The position numbers and the translations under genes were made by a program. Source: Nitrospirota bacterium (GTDB lineage: Bacteria; Nitrospirota; UBA9217). From it: a stretch of DNA of 64,000 nt. Shown here in pieces: positions 18,148 through 28,200 of this stretch (position 1 is the stretch's first letter; each line of letters starts with the position of its first letter). Where the stretch lies: contig CAWBNQ010000005.1 of assembly GCA_963790205.1 (NCBI GenBank), positions 352,001-416,000 on the forward strand. Reading direction: 5' to 3'. The notes under the pieces are model-generated. The model worked only from the letters and a program-made list of their open reading frames with translations. It did no database searches and had not been told where the DNA came from.

Positions 18148-18966
18148 TTAACGTGGTTTCCAGAAATTCAGTTCTGTCACCGAATTGATCGCCCCGAGCT
18201 CCGCGGCATACCCGTAAAAAGCGAGGAGTCCTTTTTGCTCTTCATCGCCGAGATTGTAGCTGAATGAAGTCCAGTAATCGATGAGGACCTGCGCGGGAAT
18301 GCCGAACCGATCGGCGTGAACTCGGGCCAGTTCCGGGATGTTCTCCAAGCCATAAGACTTCGATAATTCAAGTATATCATAAAGCACCACGAGGTCCTTA
18401 TCGATATTTTTTTTGTAGTTCAACTGCCAAAGGGCAAAAACGAAGGGCAGGCCCGTGAAATCGTGCCAAAGCGCACCCAGATCGTACACATAGGGATGGG
18501 TCGGCGTGGCCTTGAGTTTGAGCGCCAGGTCTCCTATGAAAAGGGCCGCGTCCGCCCGGGCAAAGGGGTCCTCTTTGCCCTGTTCGAACATGACATAGTT
18601 GGGATGAACATCCTGCCGCTGTTCAAGCAGTATCCGCAGCAAAACGAGAGAGGTCGCCGACGCCGTCGTAAGAGCGATTGTTTTTTTTTCGAGTTCAACG
18701 ATGGGCACACGGCTCTGAAGGATGATGCTCATGACCCTGTTTCTCGACGTAATGGACAGGCCCGGCAGAAGAAGGTATCGCCCCGCATTCACGGCGTATT
18801 CTATGGACGACGACGGCGAGACGTCTATCTTGCCCTCGGAGAGAAGGCGATTCAGCTCCGTGGGGACGCCTTCCACAAGCCTGAATGGAAAGGCCGTTTT
18901 CCCCGTGACGATCCCCGCATGGGGAGGGAAACAGTTGGAATAGATGATATGACCGAGTGTGAGCAT
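18148..18966 (-). CDS. mqnA: Chorismate dehydratase (futalosine menaquinone pathway)
   Basis: LGHIIYSNCFP, GVPTELN, SATSLVLL, LFIGDLAL, DLGALWHDFTGLPFVFALW. Confidence 0.85.
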   Translation of the reverse strand: MLTLGHIIYSNCFPPHAGIVTGKTAFPFRLVEGVPTELNRLLSEGKIDVSPSSSIEYAVNAGRYLLLPGLSITSRNRVMSIILQSRVPIVELEKKTIALTTASATSLVLLRILLEQRQDVHPNYVMFEQGKEDPFARADAALFIGDLALKLKATPTHPYVYDLGALWHDFTGLPFVFALWQLNYKKNIDKDLVVLYDILELSKSYGLENIPELARVHADRFGIPAQVLIDYWTSFSYNLGDEEQKGLLAFYGYAAELGAINSVTELNFWKPR

Positions 18967-18977
18967 GTTCGTTAATT

Positions 18978-19217
18978 TCAAATGCTGAGATCCAAATGCC
19001 AAATCAAGTTTAAATGGCCCAATGCCACACCTGCACGTTCATTATTCGCTCTTTGACTTTCCTTATGAATGAGCTTATCTTCCGAAAATTTGACTGCTTC
19101 ATTCTCCTTGGGCGCCGCATCATAAGCGTCCTGGATCGTATATACCCTGTTCCCGGCGGATACCGTGTTGACGCTCAGCATAAGCATCAGACAGCTCATG
19201 AGGAATTGATTTTTCAT
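18978..19217 (-). pseudogene. Truncated secreted protein, probably a TolC-family N-terminus
   Basis: ATGA-coupled to the TetR stop; signal peptide then YTIQDAYDAA..ENEAV, ends after ~79 aa. Confidence 0.5.
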
Positions 19218-19915
19218 CGTAACGAACCTCTCGCGGAATGAAGGGGTTTGGTCCCTTTCCCGAGACACAGGCCGTCAAAGAACATATCCGTGACAAATTT
19301 GCCGAACCCTTGTGCGTTTAAATTCAGCTTTTTTCCGGTGATATATTCGGCGATCGGTCTCATGATAAAGCTGTGAATGACCATGCCGACAAGGCTGAGG
19401 ATCGCCTGGGCAGGATCGAGCTTTTTCAGTTCTCCGCTCTTCATACCCTCTTTCAGGATGTTCGCGAGCTTGTCATAGCCATGGGTAAAGAAATTGTCCG
19501 CAATCCATTTGCAGTTTTCGCTGCAGGCCGCAAACTCCATGGACATGATCTTTCTGAGTTCCTCGTTGGAATGCTGGAAGCGGATAAATTCTTCCAAATA
19601 CCTCTGGATCTTCGCCCTGGCCGTTGCCGGCGATCTGAAGATCTCATGTTCCCAGATGTGGTCGAACGCGTTAAAAGAATCGGCCAAAACCGCCCGGTAG
19701 AGCTCCCCCTTGTCTTTGAAGTGATAATAAATCATGGCGTTATTGACGCGCGCGACTTCGGCAACTTCCCGCGTTGAGGCCCCCTCGAACCCGTACCGTG
19801 CGAACACGTTCCTCGCCGCAGCCAGGATCACCGCACGGGTGGCCAGATCAGGTCTTGCAGGTTTCGGACGCCTGCCGATGATCGCTTTTTTCAGTTTGCG
19901 TTTTTTCCCCATCAT
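19214..19915 (-). CDS. TetR/AcrR-family regulator
   Basis: ILAAARNVFARYGFEGASTREVAEVARVNNAMIYYHFKDK. Confidence 0.92.
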   Translation of the reverse strand: MMGKKRKLKKAIIGRRPKPARPDLATRAVILAAARNVFARYGFEGASTREVAEVARVNNAMIYYHFKDKGELYRAVLADSFNAFDHIWEHEIFRSPATARAKIQRYLEEFIRFQHSNEELRKIMSMEFAACSENCKWIADNFFTHGYDKLANILKEGMKSGELKKLDPAQAILSLVGMVIHSFIMRPIAEYITGKKLNLNAQGFGKFVTDMFFDGLCLGKGTKPLHSARGSLR

Positions 19916-19920
19916 CAGAT

Positions 19921-19940
19921 TTAATCAATCGGTTAGTTAA
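19921..19940. promoter_or_regulatory. Probable TetR operator
   Basis: Imperfect palindrome ttaatcaatcggttagttaa just upstream of the TetR start; TTGACA on the minus strand at 19976-19981. Confidence 0.55.
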
Positions 19941-20210
19941 TTAATGCTGCTCAGAATACCTCACAGGGCATTTGCTGTCAAGTTGATTTTACTCATCGGG
20001 TCCGGGGTCACCTAAAGCATTAAAGCTTTTTCCGTCCGCTACTTCTTCTGATTGAAAATTGCCCTCGAAAGGATCCGGGGAAAGAATGTCAGGGCATGAA
20101 ATGAATCATCTTCGAGCGGCATTGAGAAGGGGGGGGTGCATGAACAGGTCTGAACAAGTTTGTGTCAGAAACCTTCAAAGGCGGCTATCAAAGGCTGTAT
20201 CGAGACCGGT

Positions 20211-20618
20211 CTAATTTTTTTGCCGTGCAAGATCTTCAAAATTGGTTTTCTTCAGGGTGTCCGTGAATTTGGCCTGCGCCGCGGCCCATACGGAACTCAC
20301 CGGACAATTTTTAGAAAAACTGCATTTTTTTTTGTCTGCAAGGCAGACATTGATGCATATTTTCCCCTCTATCGCTTCGAGCACCTCGAGCAGGGTTATG
20401 TCCCGCGCCTGTTTGGCAAGAGAAAAACCGCCCTTTACGCCCCGGTAGGAGCGTACGATCCTCGCTTTGACCAGTTTTTGGAGTATCTTGGCCAGAAAAC
20501 TCCTTGGTATTTTGTATTCGTCCGAAATTTCAGTGACAAAGCTGATTTTTTTAAAAGGCTGGCGGGCCAGATACAAGACACTGCGTATTCCGTAATCACC
20601 CTGTCGAGTAATCTGCAT
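20211..20618 (-). CDS. Rrf2-family regulator with 3 conserved Cys
   Basis: TRQGDYG, IPRSFLAKILQKL, SYRGVKGGF, EVLEAIEG, C-x6-C-x5-C. Confidence 0.92.
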   Translation of the reverse strand: MQITRQGDYGIRSVLYLARQPFKKISFVTEISDEYKIPRSFLAKILQKLVKARIVRSYRGVKGGFSLAKQARDITLLEVLEAIEGKICINVCLADKKKCSFSKNCPVSSVWAAAQAKFTDTLKKTNFEDLARQKN

Positions 20619-20824
20619 GATATTTACTATATCAAACCTGCCGTTCTTGTCAAGCTAAACGATGGAATTATTCATGAGCGCGCGTTCGTCGACCTGAACA
20701 GGTGTATTCGTCCGGTATTTTGTGGTACAATAAACACCGAAGGATGCATACCTGCAATATCATGCAGGGAGGCAAAGTTGAAATTAAGCCGGGATCCCCG
20801 CTCACGGCCGGTCACCGTCATGTC

Positions 20825-21379
20825 ATGGGTGTAATTCGAGATCCGATACCAGTAAAGCTCTTTACCGGCATGCTCTCTCCGGAACCAGCGCTCCTCGTTG
20901 ACTGCGTCGGCTTGCTCTGTGCAGCTTACGGACCGCTCGATTACGAGAGTGATGTCATGCCTTGGGACACAACGGATTATTACCGCAACGAGATGGGAAC
21001 TGCGATCTGTCGAAAATTCATTTTTTTTAAAGAACTGGTAGATCCCGGGGTATTGGCTGCAGTGAAAAAATTCACCAACGGCATCGAGGAACGGTATTCC
21101 CTGAGAATGCCGTCCGGCATTCGCCGCCGGATAAACCTGGACCCCGGTTACATTACCGAAGCCAAGGTCGTGCTTGCATCAACCAAAGATTTCTCCCACC
21201 GCGTGTATATCGGGGGGAATATCTATGGGGAAGTGACCCTTCGATACAGCAGCAAGGAGCGGAGCTTTACTGCCTGCGACCATACTTATTTCGATTTCAG
21301 AACGGATACCTACAGGCTTCTGTTCAACACGGCGAGGGACATGCTCCGTGAAGGACTGAACCAGATGCGGGAGAGATGA
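20825..21379 (+). CDS. DUF4416-like protein
   Basis: TDYYRNEMG, RRINLDPGY, VLASTKDFSHRVYIG. Confidence 0.75.
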   Translation: MGVIRDPIPVKLFTGMLSPEPALLVDCVGLLCAAYGPLDYESDVMPWDTTDYYRNEMGTAICRKFIFFKELVDPGVLAAVKKFTNGIEERYSLRMPSGIRRRINLDPGYITEAKVVLASTKDFSHRVYIGGNIYGEVTLRYSSKERSFTACDHTYFDFRTDTYRLLFNTARDMLREGLNQMRER

Positions 21380-21405
21380 GCGAGGGTTAAGCAGCCCGGC
21401 AGTCT

Positions 21406-21930
21406 TCAAGCCGTTGCTGAAGCTGCCGAGGGGGTTTGTTTCTGCGGTAGAGACGCTTCGGTGATAAATGCTTTCGAGGCTTTCACGGTGTCCGGCGGAA
21501 GAAACTCATGTACCGGTAGATGGATCCGATCAAAAGGATGGATGTCTCGCTCAAAAAAACTGATGTGTAGTTTATCCCACGTGATAAATTCCTTTACGGA
21601 CTGCCGGATCTGCTCATGAACCATCATTTCGATGACTTCAAGGCTGACCTTGCCGCTGTTCACTAAAAGACCCCCGAGCGGTGTATCGTACCTCTGCTTC
21701 TGAAGCTTGAGCGTTGCGAGGAGTTCCGCCTCGGTAAGAACCCCTTGTTCAACGAGCAGATCGCCGATGGCGCGCGAATAGGGGGAAAATGCCTGGAGGA
21801 TACTGCCGTCCCGAAAAACCATGCTCCCTATATTGTTGCCGGACTCGAGCACAAGTTCGCCTGTTCGCGCCTTCAGGCCGATAAGAAGTAAAATATCCTG
21901 CAAGATAAGTTCTGAAAATTCACATTTCAT
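21406..21930 (-). CDS. DUF4388 (PATAN-like) domain protein
   Basis: LQDILLLI..RTGEL, IGDLLVEQG, LGGLLV. Confidence 0.7.
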   Translation of the reverse strand: MKCEFSELILQDILLLIGLKARTGELVLESGNNIGSMVFRDGSILQAFSPYSRAIGDLLVEQGVLTEAELLATLKLQKQRYDTPLGGLLVNSGKVSLEVIEMMVHEQIRQSVKEFITWDKLHISFFERDIHPFDRIHLPVHEFLPPDTVKASKAFITEASLPQKQTPSAASATA

Positions 21931-22229
21931 AATGATGATTTATTTAACCACAAAAAGATAATGATGTCAAAGGAGAAAATGTCCAGTTTGCGGAATTATT
22001 AATCGCAGAACGACGTTGATTTCAACGGCGCGAACACGGAAATAGGTCTCTTGTTCACGTTCGCGCTTGCCGGCGACGCGGATATTTCCCTCCAGATCAC
22101 GACCACGGCCGACCGTATCGGCAGAAAAAAGATGCCTATCCTAGGCGTGGTAAAAAAGAACGGCCTCTGGGAAGAGGCCGTTCTTTATCATGCATATAGT
22201 ACGTTGAGAGAAAATGTGGAAGGGCAGCC

Positions 22230-22697
22230 TCAGTCGATCTGCTCCACGAGGTAGTTCTGCGGGCCCAGCTGCTTGATCTGGTCTAACTGGGCCTCTATCC
22301 AGTCGATGTGATCTTCTTCCTCTTTCAGGATAGACTCGAAAAGCTCACGCGTACCGTTGTCCCCCACCTCGACCGCCGCCCGGACGCTCTCGTTGTAGCC
22401 TTTGATGGCCCCTTCCTCGGCGCCCCGGTCGTTTTCGTGCATCTTCGGCACTTCGGCTCCTATAAACATTTTCTTCAGGTCGCTCACGATGGGGCGGCCT
22501 TCGAGGAACAGAATGCGGGTGATGAGCTTTTCAGCGTGCTTCATCTCGTCGATGGCCCGTTTCTGGATCGCCTTGTGCAGCTTTTCGTAATTCCAGTTGT
22601 CGCACATCTCCGCGTGGACCATGTACTGGTTGATGGCGGTCAGCTCCTCGGCCAGCCGCGCGTTCAGGTGCTCGATGATCTTTTCGTTCCCCTTCAT
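22230..22697 (-). CDS. bfr: Bacterioferritin
   Basis: MKG, ELTAINQY, IDEMKHAE, RILFLEG, EEEDHIDW ferroxidase motifs. Confidence 0.95.
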   Translation of the reverse strand: MKGNEKIIEHLNARLAEELTAINQYMVHAEMCDNWNYEKLHKAIQKRAIDEMKHAEKLITRILFLEGRPIVSDLKKMFIGAEVPKMHENDRGAEEGAIKGYNESVRAAVEVGDNGTRELFESILKEEEDHIDWIEAQLDQIKQLGPQNYLVEQID

Positions 22698-22769
22698 AAC
22701 TAGGACCTCCCGTGATATATGGTGAACCGATGCATACGCATGAACTCGTATCGCAATTGGTTTTATAGA

Positions 22770-22797
22770 ATTGTAGCAGGCTTCCCGTCGATGTCAA
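22770..22797 (-). promoter_or_regulatory. Sigma70-type promoter of bfr
   Basis: TTGACA-16 nt-TACAAT on the minus strand. Confidence 0.55.
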
Positions 22798-22827
22798 GCA
22801 TAGGACGGATTTTCTTCAATAACTTCA

Positions 22828-23172
22828 TTAGTGCTTTGAGTGTTTTTTCAAGGGTACTGAACGTTCTGATTTCTTTCCGTTCTGCTTTTTCATTTTATCG
22901 ATATACTTCTGGGGGTCTTTTTTGAATGCTTCCGCGCAATCCGGGCAGCAGAAGCGATATGTTCTGCCTTTAAATTCGTATGTGATTTTCGTGTCTTTGT
23001 CTATCTCCTCGCCGCTCACCGGACAGACATCGGTCGCTGGAGATGCCGCCTTCTCTTCGTTATGCTCATGGGCAGTCACGAGATTGCCGCTTGTAGAGAA
23101 TGCGAAAGACGCTCCCGACCCAATGACAAACAGGGACAATAAAATTACTGCGGTTGCTGTTTTTCTGAACAT
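22828..23172 (-). CDS. Secreted YHS/TRASH metal-binding protein
   Basis: Signal peptide; CPVSG...YRFCCPDC...FKKDPQKY. Confidence 0.8.
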   Translation of the reverse strand: MFRKTATAVILLSLFVIGSGASFAFSTSGNLVTAHEHNEEKAASPATDVCPVSGEEIDKDTKITYEFKGRTYRFCCPDCAEAFKKDPQKYIDKMKKQNGKKSERSVPLKKHSKH

Positions 23173-23185
23173 ATTCTTCCTCCGT

Positions 23186-23386
23186 TTATTTCGAAAAATC
23201 CGAAATCCCCAAAATAGATGGCCTATTCGCGGTCCTTACGCATGAAAGCGAGAGGGGCGCCTTTCTTGACCCCGATCTCCTCCCCGACGAGCACGCCCTG
23301 TCCATAAGTCCTCGCTTGAGCGGACCGAGCGACCCGATTCGCGTGATTTTCCCTTTTCCACCGACCTTCAGCATTGCCAGATTCAT
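23186..23386 (-). pseudogene. feoA: FeoA pseudogene
   Basis: LKRGLMD continues in another frame as GVLVGEEIGVKKGAPL then lacks the GDPIE segment and stops: frameshift plus internal deletion. Confidence 0.7.
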
Positions 23387-23637
23387 TGTTCAATCCTCAG
23401 TACCATGATTTTCATTGCCATACCCCGGCCGAGGGCGATCCTGGACTCATCGACTCTGATCAGGATCGAGTCCTCGCCTTCGTCGTTCAACATCTCGACC
23501 ATCTTCTCCGTCCGCAGCCCGATATCCTCAATGTGACAGAGTTGGCTGCTTCTGCCGGCGTCGGGAGTGCATTTGTCCCCGCGTAGTTCGAGGACTTCAC
23601 CCCGATCTCCATTTGTTAATAAGCCCAATGGCGCCAT
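23383..23637 (-). CDS. feoA: Ferrous iron transport protein A
   Basis: IEDIGLR, SRIALGRGMAMKIMV. Confidence 0.85.
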   Translation of the reverse strand: MAPLGLLTNGDRGEVLELRGDKCTPDAGRSSQLCHIEDIGLRTEKMVEMLNDEGEDSILIRVDESRIALGRGMAMKIMVLRIEQ

Positions 23638-23651
23638 GCTTGTTTACCCCC

Positions 23652-24431
23652 TTAAAATCTTTTCGTGACACCGGCGAGATAGGTAATATCGGTTTCCGGC
23701 TTGTTCAATCCGGCTTTTACGCCAGCGTCTAAATCGAAGCTCTCGGTGATCGAATAGATGATGCCGCCGAGCGAAAAGGCCGGAGCAATATTTGACCTCT
23801 TGTCAGAATTCCTCTCCATGCCGATATTTGCGACCGCCTTGAGGTCTTTAACAACCTCCGCTTGCGAAGCAAGAGAAACATGCCAAATCTCCTTCCGGTT
23901 GGCGTCTTCGTCGGCCTCGAGCTTGTACTCATTCCGGATATAACCTACATTGAAATGAAATGCCCAGGGCGCCATGTCCTTTGTCGTGATGAAAAACGCG
24001 CTGTACGACGTCCTCCCGTTACCGAAACCCTGCTCTTCATCTCCCGGGGGCAGGGTGACGCCGGGTTTCACCGCAAAGCTCAAACCGTCTTTTTCGTAGA
24101 ATCTCCATTTGAGCTGGAGCGATACATCGGAGATTCCGCGTTCAGTCGTCGTACCGCCGGTCAGCTTAAGTTCTCTGCTCTCAAAGGGAACGCCGAGGAC
24201 GAAGTCCACGGTCTCGCTTATCCCGTAGGACAACACCGGTATCGTGGGAAACACCAGGGTGTTCGTCGTGCTTCCGTCTTCATTGTCATGTCCATACTCC
24301 CCGGCGAATTCGAGCTGCGCTTTTCCTTTTCCCTGGGTCCCGGTGTCATCAGTGATCAACGGATGCGCGGCAAAGGCTGTTCCAGCGGTTAGCAGCGTCA
24401 CGACTACCGGCCAAAAAAGCCGTTTAAGCAT
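23652..24431 (-). CDS. Outer membrane beta-barrel transporter (MetA-pathway/porin-like)
   Basis: Signal peptide, AHPLITDDTGT, alternating beta strands, terminal Phe. Confidence 0.75.
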   Translation of the reverse strand: MLKRLFWPVVVTLLTAGTAFAAHPLITDDTGTQGKGKAQLEFAGEYGHDNEDGSTTNTLVFPTIPVLSYGISETVDFVLGVPFESRELKLTGGTTTERGISDVSLQLKWRFYEKDGLSFAVKPGVTLPPGDEEQGFGNGRTSYSAFFITTKDMAPWAFHFNVGYIRNEYKLEADEDANRKEIWHVSLASQAEVVKDLKAVANIGMERNSDKRSNIAPAFSLGGIIYSITESFDLDAGVKAGLNKPETDITYLAGVTKRF

Positions 24432-24456
24432 TTTTCTTTATTTCCCCGCCTAATAT

Positions 24457-24475
24457 GATATTGATAATCAATTTC
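24457..24475. promoter_or_regulatory. Fur box
   Basis: gatattgataatcaatttc matches 16/19 of GATAATGATAATCATTATC, 26 bp upstream of the porin gene. Confidence 0.8.
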
Positions 24476-24535
24476 ATCTTATGGAGCAAAATATGGGCGC
24501 GTTGTAACGCGCCCTGTTACCATTTACAAATCTGT

Positions 24536-25243
24536 TTACACTTTTTTTACAAATATTTCTTTCGTAATATCTTTGTCCACGGCAACCATGGTCTCGCCGA
24601 GCTGGATCACGTAGGAGGGTCTCTTCTGGTGCAGTTTGACCACACTGCCGGGCACCACTCCCATGGCCGAAAGACGATCGAGGCGCGAATGCGACTCGGG
24701 CGTGATGAATACGATCTTCGCCATATCTCCGGGCATCAGATCGGCGAGCGGCGCCACGAGGGGTTTCATCTCCTGCTTGAACATGGCGCAACATTCTCCA
24801 CGCGGGATCGGCTTGCCGTCCGGTGAATTCGGCGGGTGGCCAAGCAGGGTGCAGACGCTGTCCGTAACCTCGGGAGAAAGGATATGCTCGAATTTGCAGG
24901 CCTCCGCTTCGGCGCCGTCCAGGGCAAAGAGATCATAAAAAAGACGGAGAGAAAGTCGATGCCTGCGGACCAGCTCCCGGGCGCGTTTCTCTCCTTTCGG
25001 GAGCAGCTCCACGGCCTGTCCCTTGGCGTTGATCCACCGGCTTTTAGACAATTCCTTCAAAATATCCTCGCATCCCTTCATGGCGCAGCTTTGAAGGATC
25101 TGGTCCCACGTCAGCGTCCCCTCTTCTCTCAAGGTCCACATGATCTCAAGAAGCTCGTCTTCTTTTTCTATTTCCGGCAGAACGCACAGCGCCGGGTGGC
25201 CCGCTTTTCCTTCAACAGTTTCCAGTCTTTTATGTTCTGACAT
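24536..25243 (-). CDS. DtxR/MntR-like metal-dependent regulator with C-terminal FeoA domain
   Basis: VRRHRL, EACKFEH, LGHPPNSPDGKPIP, RLSAMGVVPG. Confidence 0.85.
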   Translation of the reverse strand: MSEHKRLETVEGKAGHPALCVLPEIEKEDELLEIMWTLREEGTLTWDQILQSCAMKGCEDILKELSKSRWINAKGQAVELLPKGEKRARELVRRHRLSLRLFYDLFALDGAEAEACKFEHILSPEVTDSVCTLLGHPPNSPDGKPIPRGECCAMFKQEMKPLVAPLADLMPGDMAKIVFITPESHSRLDRLSAMGVVPGSVVKLHQKRPSYVIQLGETMVAVDKDITKEIFVKKV

Positions 25244-25357
25244 TGTTTCTCCTCTTTTTTATATCGATGAACGACGGGCGATCGCTCGCCCTGCTTGCCC
25301 GGACGATGGACGATCGGATTTGTCGTCACTCGTCCCTCGTCTACCGTCTCTCCGGCT

Positions 25358-27341
25358 TTACAGCGCCACTTTCAGCGTCCTCAGCACCCAGTTCAGAACG
25401 CCACCCACGGCGAAAGCAAAAGGGAAGATGAACGCCACCATATACAAGGCGACCTTCATGCCTTGTTCCTTTACCATCATGAAAAAGTTCGCGATGCAGG
25501 GAACGAACAGGGTTATCACTACCAGACTTACGACGGTTTGGATCGGGTCGAGCATCCCCTGTTTCTGCATCACGAACAGACCGGCGGCGCCGTAATCCCT
25601 GCGCAAAAACCCGATCACGAAGGCTTCGGCGGCCTTGCTCGGGAGGCCCAGACACGCCTACGACCAGCGGGTCGGTCAGCCTTTGTATATATTCGAGCGC
25701 GCCGACCTTGTGCCCCACGAAGAGGATGAACGTTCCCAGGATGAAGAGCGGTACCGCTTCCTTCAAATACCACTCCACCCGCGCAAGGGTCTTTACCAGG
25801 ATATTCGTAAGCTGCGGCACCCGGATAGGTGGCAGCTCAAGAACGAAATCGGACGGCTCGCCGGGGATTACCTTGGCTCCAAGATACCCCACGAGCAGCA
25901 TGACCAGGACCACCGTCCCGATCCATATGGCCGTCGCAAAACCGGAGATGCCGGACACCATGCCGAGCACGACGCCGAGCTGCGCGGAACACGGCACGCC
26001 GAGCGCCAGGAGCAGCGTCACAAGCATCCGTTCCTTTTTGGTCTCAAGGATCCGCGTGGTGAGCGTGGCCATGGTGTCGCAGCCCAAGCCGAGAATCATC
26101 GGCAGCACTGCCTTTCCGTTCAGCCCCATGATCTTGAAGGTTTTGTTCACCATGACCGCGAGCCTCGGCAAATAGCCCGAATCCTCCAGGATGCCGAAGG
26201 CAATGAAAAAGAACCCGACGATCGGCAGCACGATTGCGATGGAATACGTGAGCGCCATGGTGATCAGGCCGTAGTCCCCTACCAGGAGATCATGGATGAA
26301 CGGCACGGGAAAGACGAAATCCACGATCTTCGTGCTCCAGGGGTTCAGGTATCCGCCGAATACCGTCTTCTCTAAAAAGTTGACTGCTGTCCCCGCCCCG
26401 AGAACGCCTACGAACTGATAGACAAGATAAAGCACCACGAGGAGGACCGGCAGGCCGTAGACCGGGTGCATGGACCAGCGGCCGAGATGATGCGCGATCG
26501 TGGAACGTTTCCCTGCTTCATGACGGCTCATGACCTGCGCAAGGATCTCGTCGGCTTTTTTCATTCTGCGCTGGTTGATGAGATAGCCGAGAGAGTTATT
26601 AAATTTGGCCTGGACTTCCTGGCGGATTTTTTCAATCCCCGCTATCACATGGTCCTGCAGATTGGCATGGAGCCATCCTTTGAGGCTTTCGTCGCCGGCG
26701 AGAATCATGAGAGCTAGCGCACGCCGGGAAATATACGCCTCCGGAAGATAAGCTGCAATGTCTCTCACGCCCCCCTCGATCGCGTCCTCATATCTCACGC
26801 CGACCTCGGACCGGCGCGGGTGCTGAATGCCTTTCAATAATTTATCGATTCCGCTCCTCCGGATTGCCACGGTCTTGACCACTTCTATGCCGAGAATGTG
26901 AGAGAGCTTTTCCTGGTCAATGAGGATACCGCGGCTTTTTGCTTCATCATCCATGTTGAGGTCGAGAATGAACGGCACTTCCATTTCCGCAAGCTGGAGC
27001 GTGATCAACAGGCCGCGGCGCAAGTTCTTGGTGTCGGCCACCTGCACAACGACGCCGGCCCGGTCGGTAAGCAACATGTCCCTCGTCACTTTTTCATCTT
27101 CGGACATGGGCACCAGGCTGTTCACTCCGGGGGTATCAATTACGAGGCTGCGTATTTTGTTCAACATGGCATTCCCGTACGTCACCTCAACCGTGGTGCC
27201 CGGATAGTTGGATACCGTAACATATTTCCCCGTCAGCAGGCCGAAGAGCGCGCTCTTCCCGACATTGGGATTTCCGATCAACAGGACTTTGTTCAAGTCC
27301 CCGTGTTTGTCTGTGATGTCTTTGCCGCTGTGGTCGTGCAT
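25358..27341 (-). CDS. feoB: Ferrous iron transporter B, +1 frameshift near 25652
   Basis: GNPNVGKS, NYPGTTV, DTPG, NMDD, LEDSGYLPR, PCSAQL; C-terminus IGFLRRDYGAAG...LFVPCIA lies in another frame. Confidence 0.92.
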
Positions 27342-27376
27342 TTTTCCCCGATTCTCCCCTTCACCGTTTCTTCAAC

Positions 27377-27823
27377 TCATTTGTCTTTTTTCTTCTCCTG
27401 GCAGCCGCCGCAAAGACCGTAGAGCTCCAGCTTGTGGTTCTGCACCTGGAATCTGTTTTTTTTGGCGACATCCTGCTGGAGCTGCTCGATGCGTTCGTTC
27501 TCGAATTCGATGATCCTGCCGCACTTCGTGCAGATCAGGTGGTCGTGGTGCCCGTCGGTCGCACGGTACTCATAGCGTGTAAATCCATCCTCGAACCGCC
27601 GTTCTTCAGCCATGCCTGCGCCGGCCAGCAGTTTCAGGGTCCGGTATACCGTAGCAAACCCGATGCCGGGATATGCTTTTTTCACGCGGGCATATAGTTC
27701 TTCCGCGCTCAGATGGCGGCCTGCTTCTACAAACACCTGGAGGATGTTGTCTCGCTGGGTCGTCGATTTGAGCCCTTGGCCCGCAAGGTAGTCCGATAGC
27801 TGTTCAGCGGCGTTCTTTCGCAT
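27377..27823 (-). CDS. fur: Ferric uptake regulator
   Basis: STTQR, HLSAEELY, ATVYRTL, HHDHLICTKCG, CGGC. Confidence 0.93.
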   Translation of the reverse strand: MRKNAAEQLSDYLAGQGLKSTTQRDNILQVFVEAGRHLSAEELYARVKKAYPGIGFATVYRTLKLLAGAGMAEERRFEDGFTRYEYRATDGHHDHLICTKCGRIIEFENERIEQLQQDVAKKNRFQVQNHKLELYGLCGGCQEKKKDK

Positions 27824-27829
27824 AATTTG

Positions 27830-27852
27830 ATATTGAAAACCATTTTCAATAT
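27830..27852. promoter_or_regulatory. Fur box / autoregulatory operator
   Basis: Perfect inverted repeat atattgaaaa-cca-ttttcaatat between the fur ATG and a TTGACA...TATAAG promoter at 27860-27889. Confidence 0.8.
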
Positions 27853-27903
27853 GAGACTCCTTATACCATGGTGTACCGCGGGCTGTCAAGATGTTTTTAT
27901 CTG

Positions 27904-27938
27904 AAAAAAATGAAGGCCACTCGAAAAAGAGCGGCCTT
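27904..27938 (-). terminator. Intrinsic terminator
   Basis: aaggccgctc-loop-gagtggcctt followed by a T-run on the minus strand. Confidence 0.55.
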
Positions 27939-27958
27939 CATCGCATCAGAACCATTTG

Positions 27959-28170
27959 CTATGCGCTAACTAGAAATCTACCTGTTTGTCTCTTTCCTGG
28001 TTCCTCAGCAGGCGCCCGGAAGCAGATCCCTTGGCATAGACTCTTGACAATGCCCTGGATCGCCGTGACAACGGCCTCGTTCGAGCCTGGGTCGGCCGCT
28101 GTCACAGCCGTGGAAGGGACGGTACCAGCAGAGACAGAACAAGAACGATAATCACACGCTGTTTGAACAT
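27959..28170 (-). pseudogene. Remnant of a secreted protein gene
   Basis: GAGG RBS, MFKQRVIIVLVLSLLVPS, then in another frame TAVTAADPGSNEAVVTAIQGIVK; frameshifted and truncated. Confidence 0.4.
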
Positions 28171-28200
28171 GTCTTGATCCTCTCGGCGCATCACCACCTG

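Noticed and set aside
27981..28143. Possible NiCo/czcD-like riboswitch or other structured RNA near fur (ctcagcaggc, gcagat, several hairpins)
   Set aside because: The motif-like words are on the + strand with no downstream + gene, and the minus strand reads as a frameshifted signal-peptide gene with an RBS. An Rfam scan would settle it.
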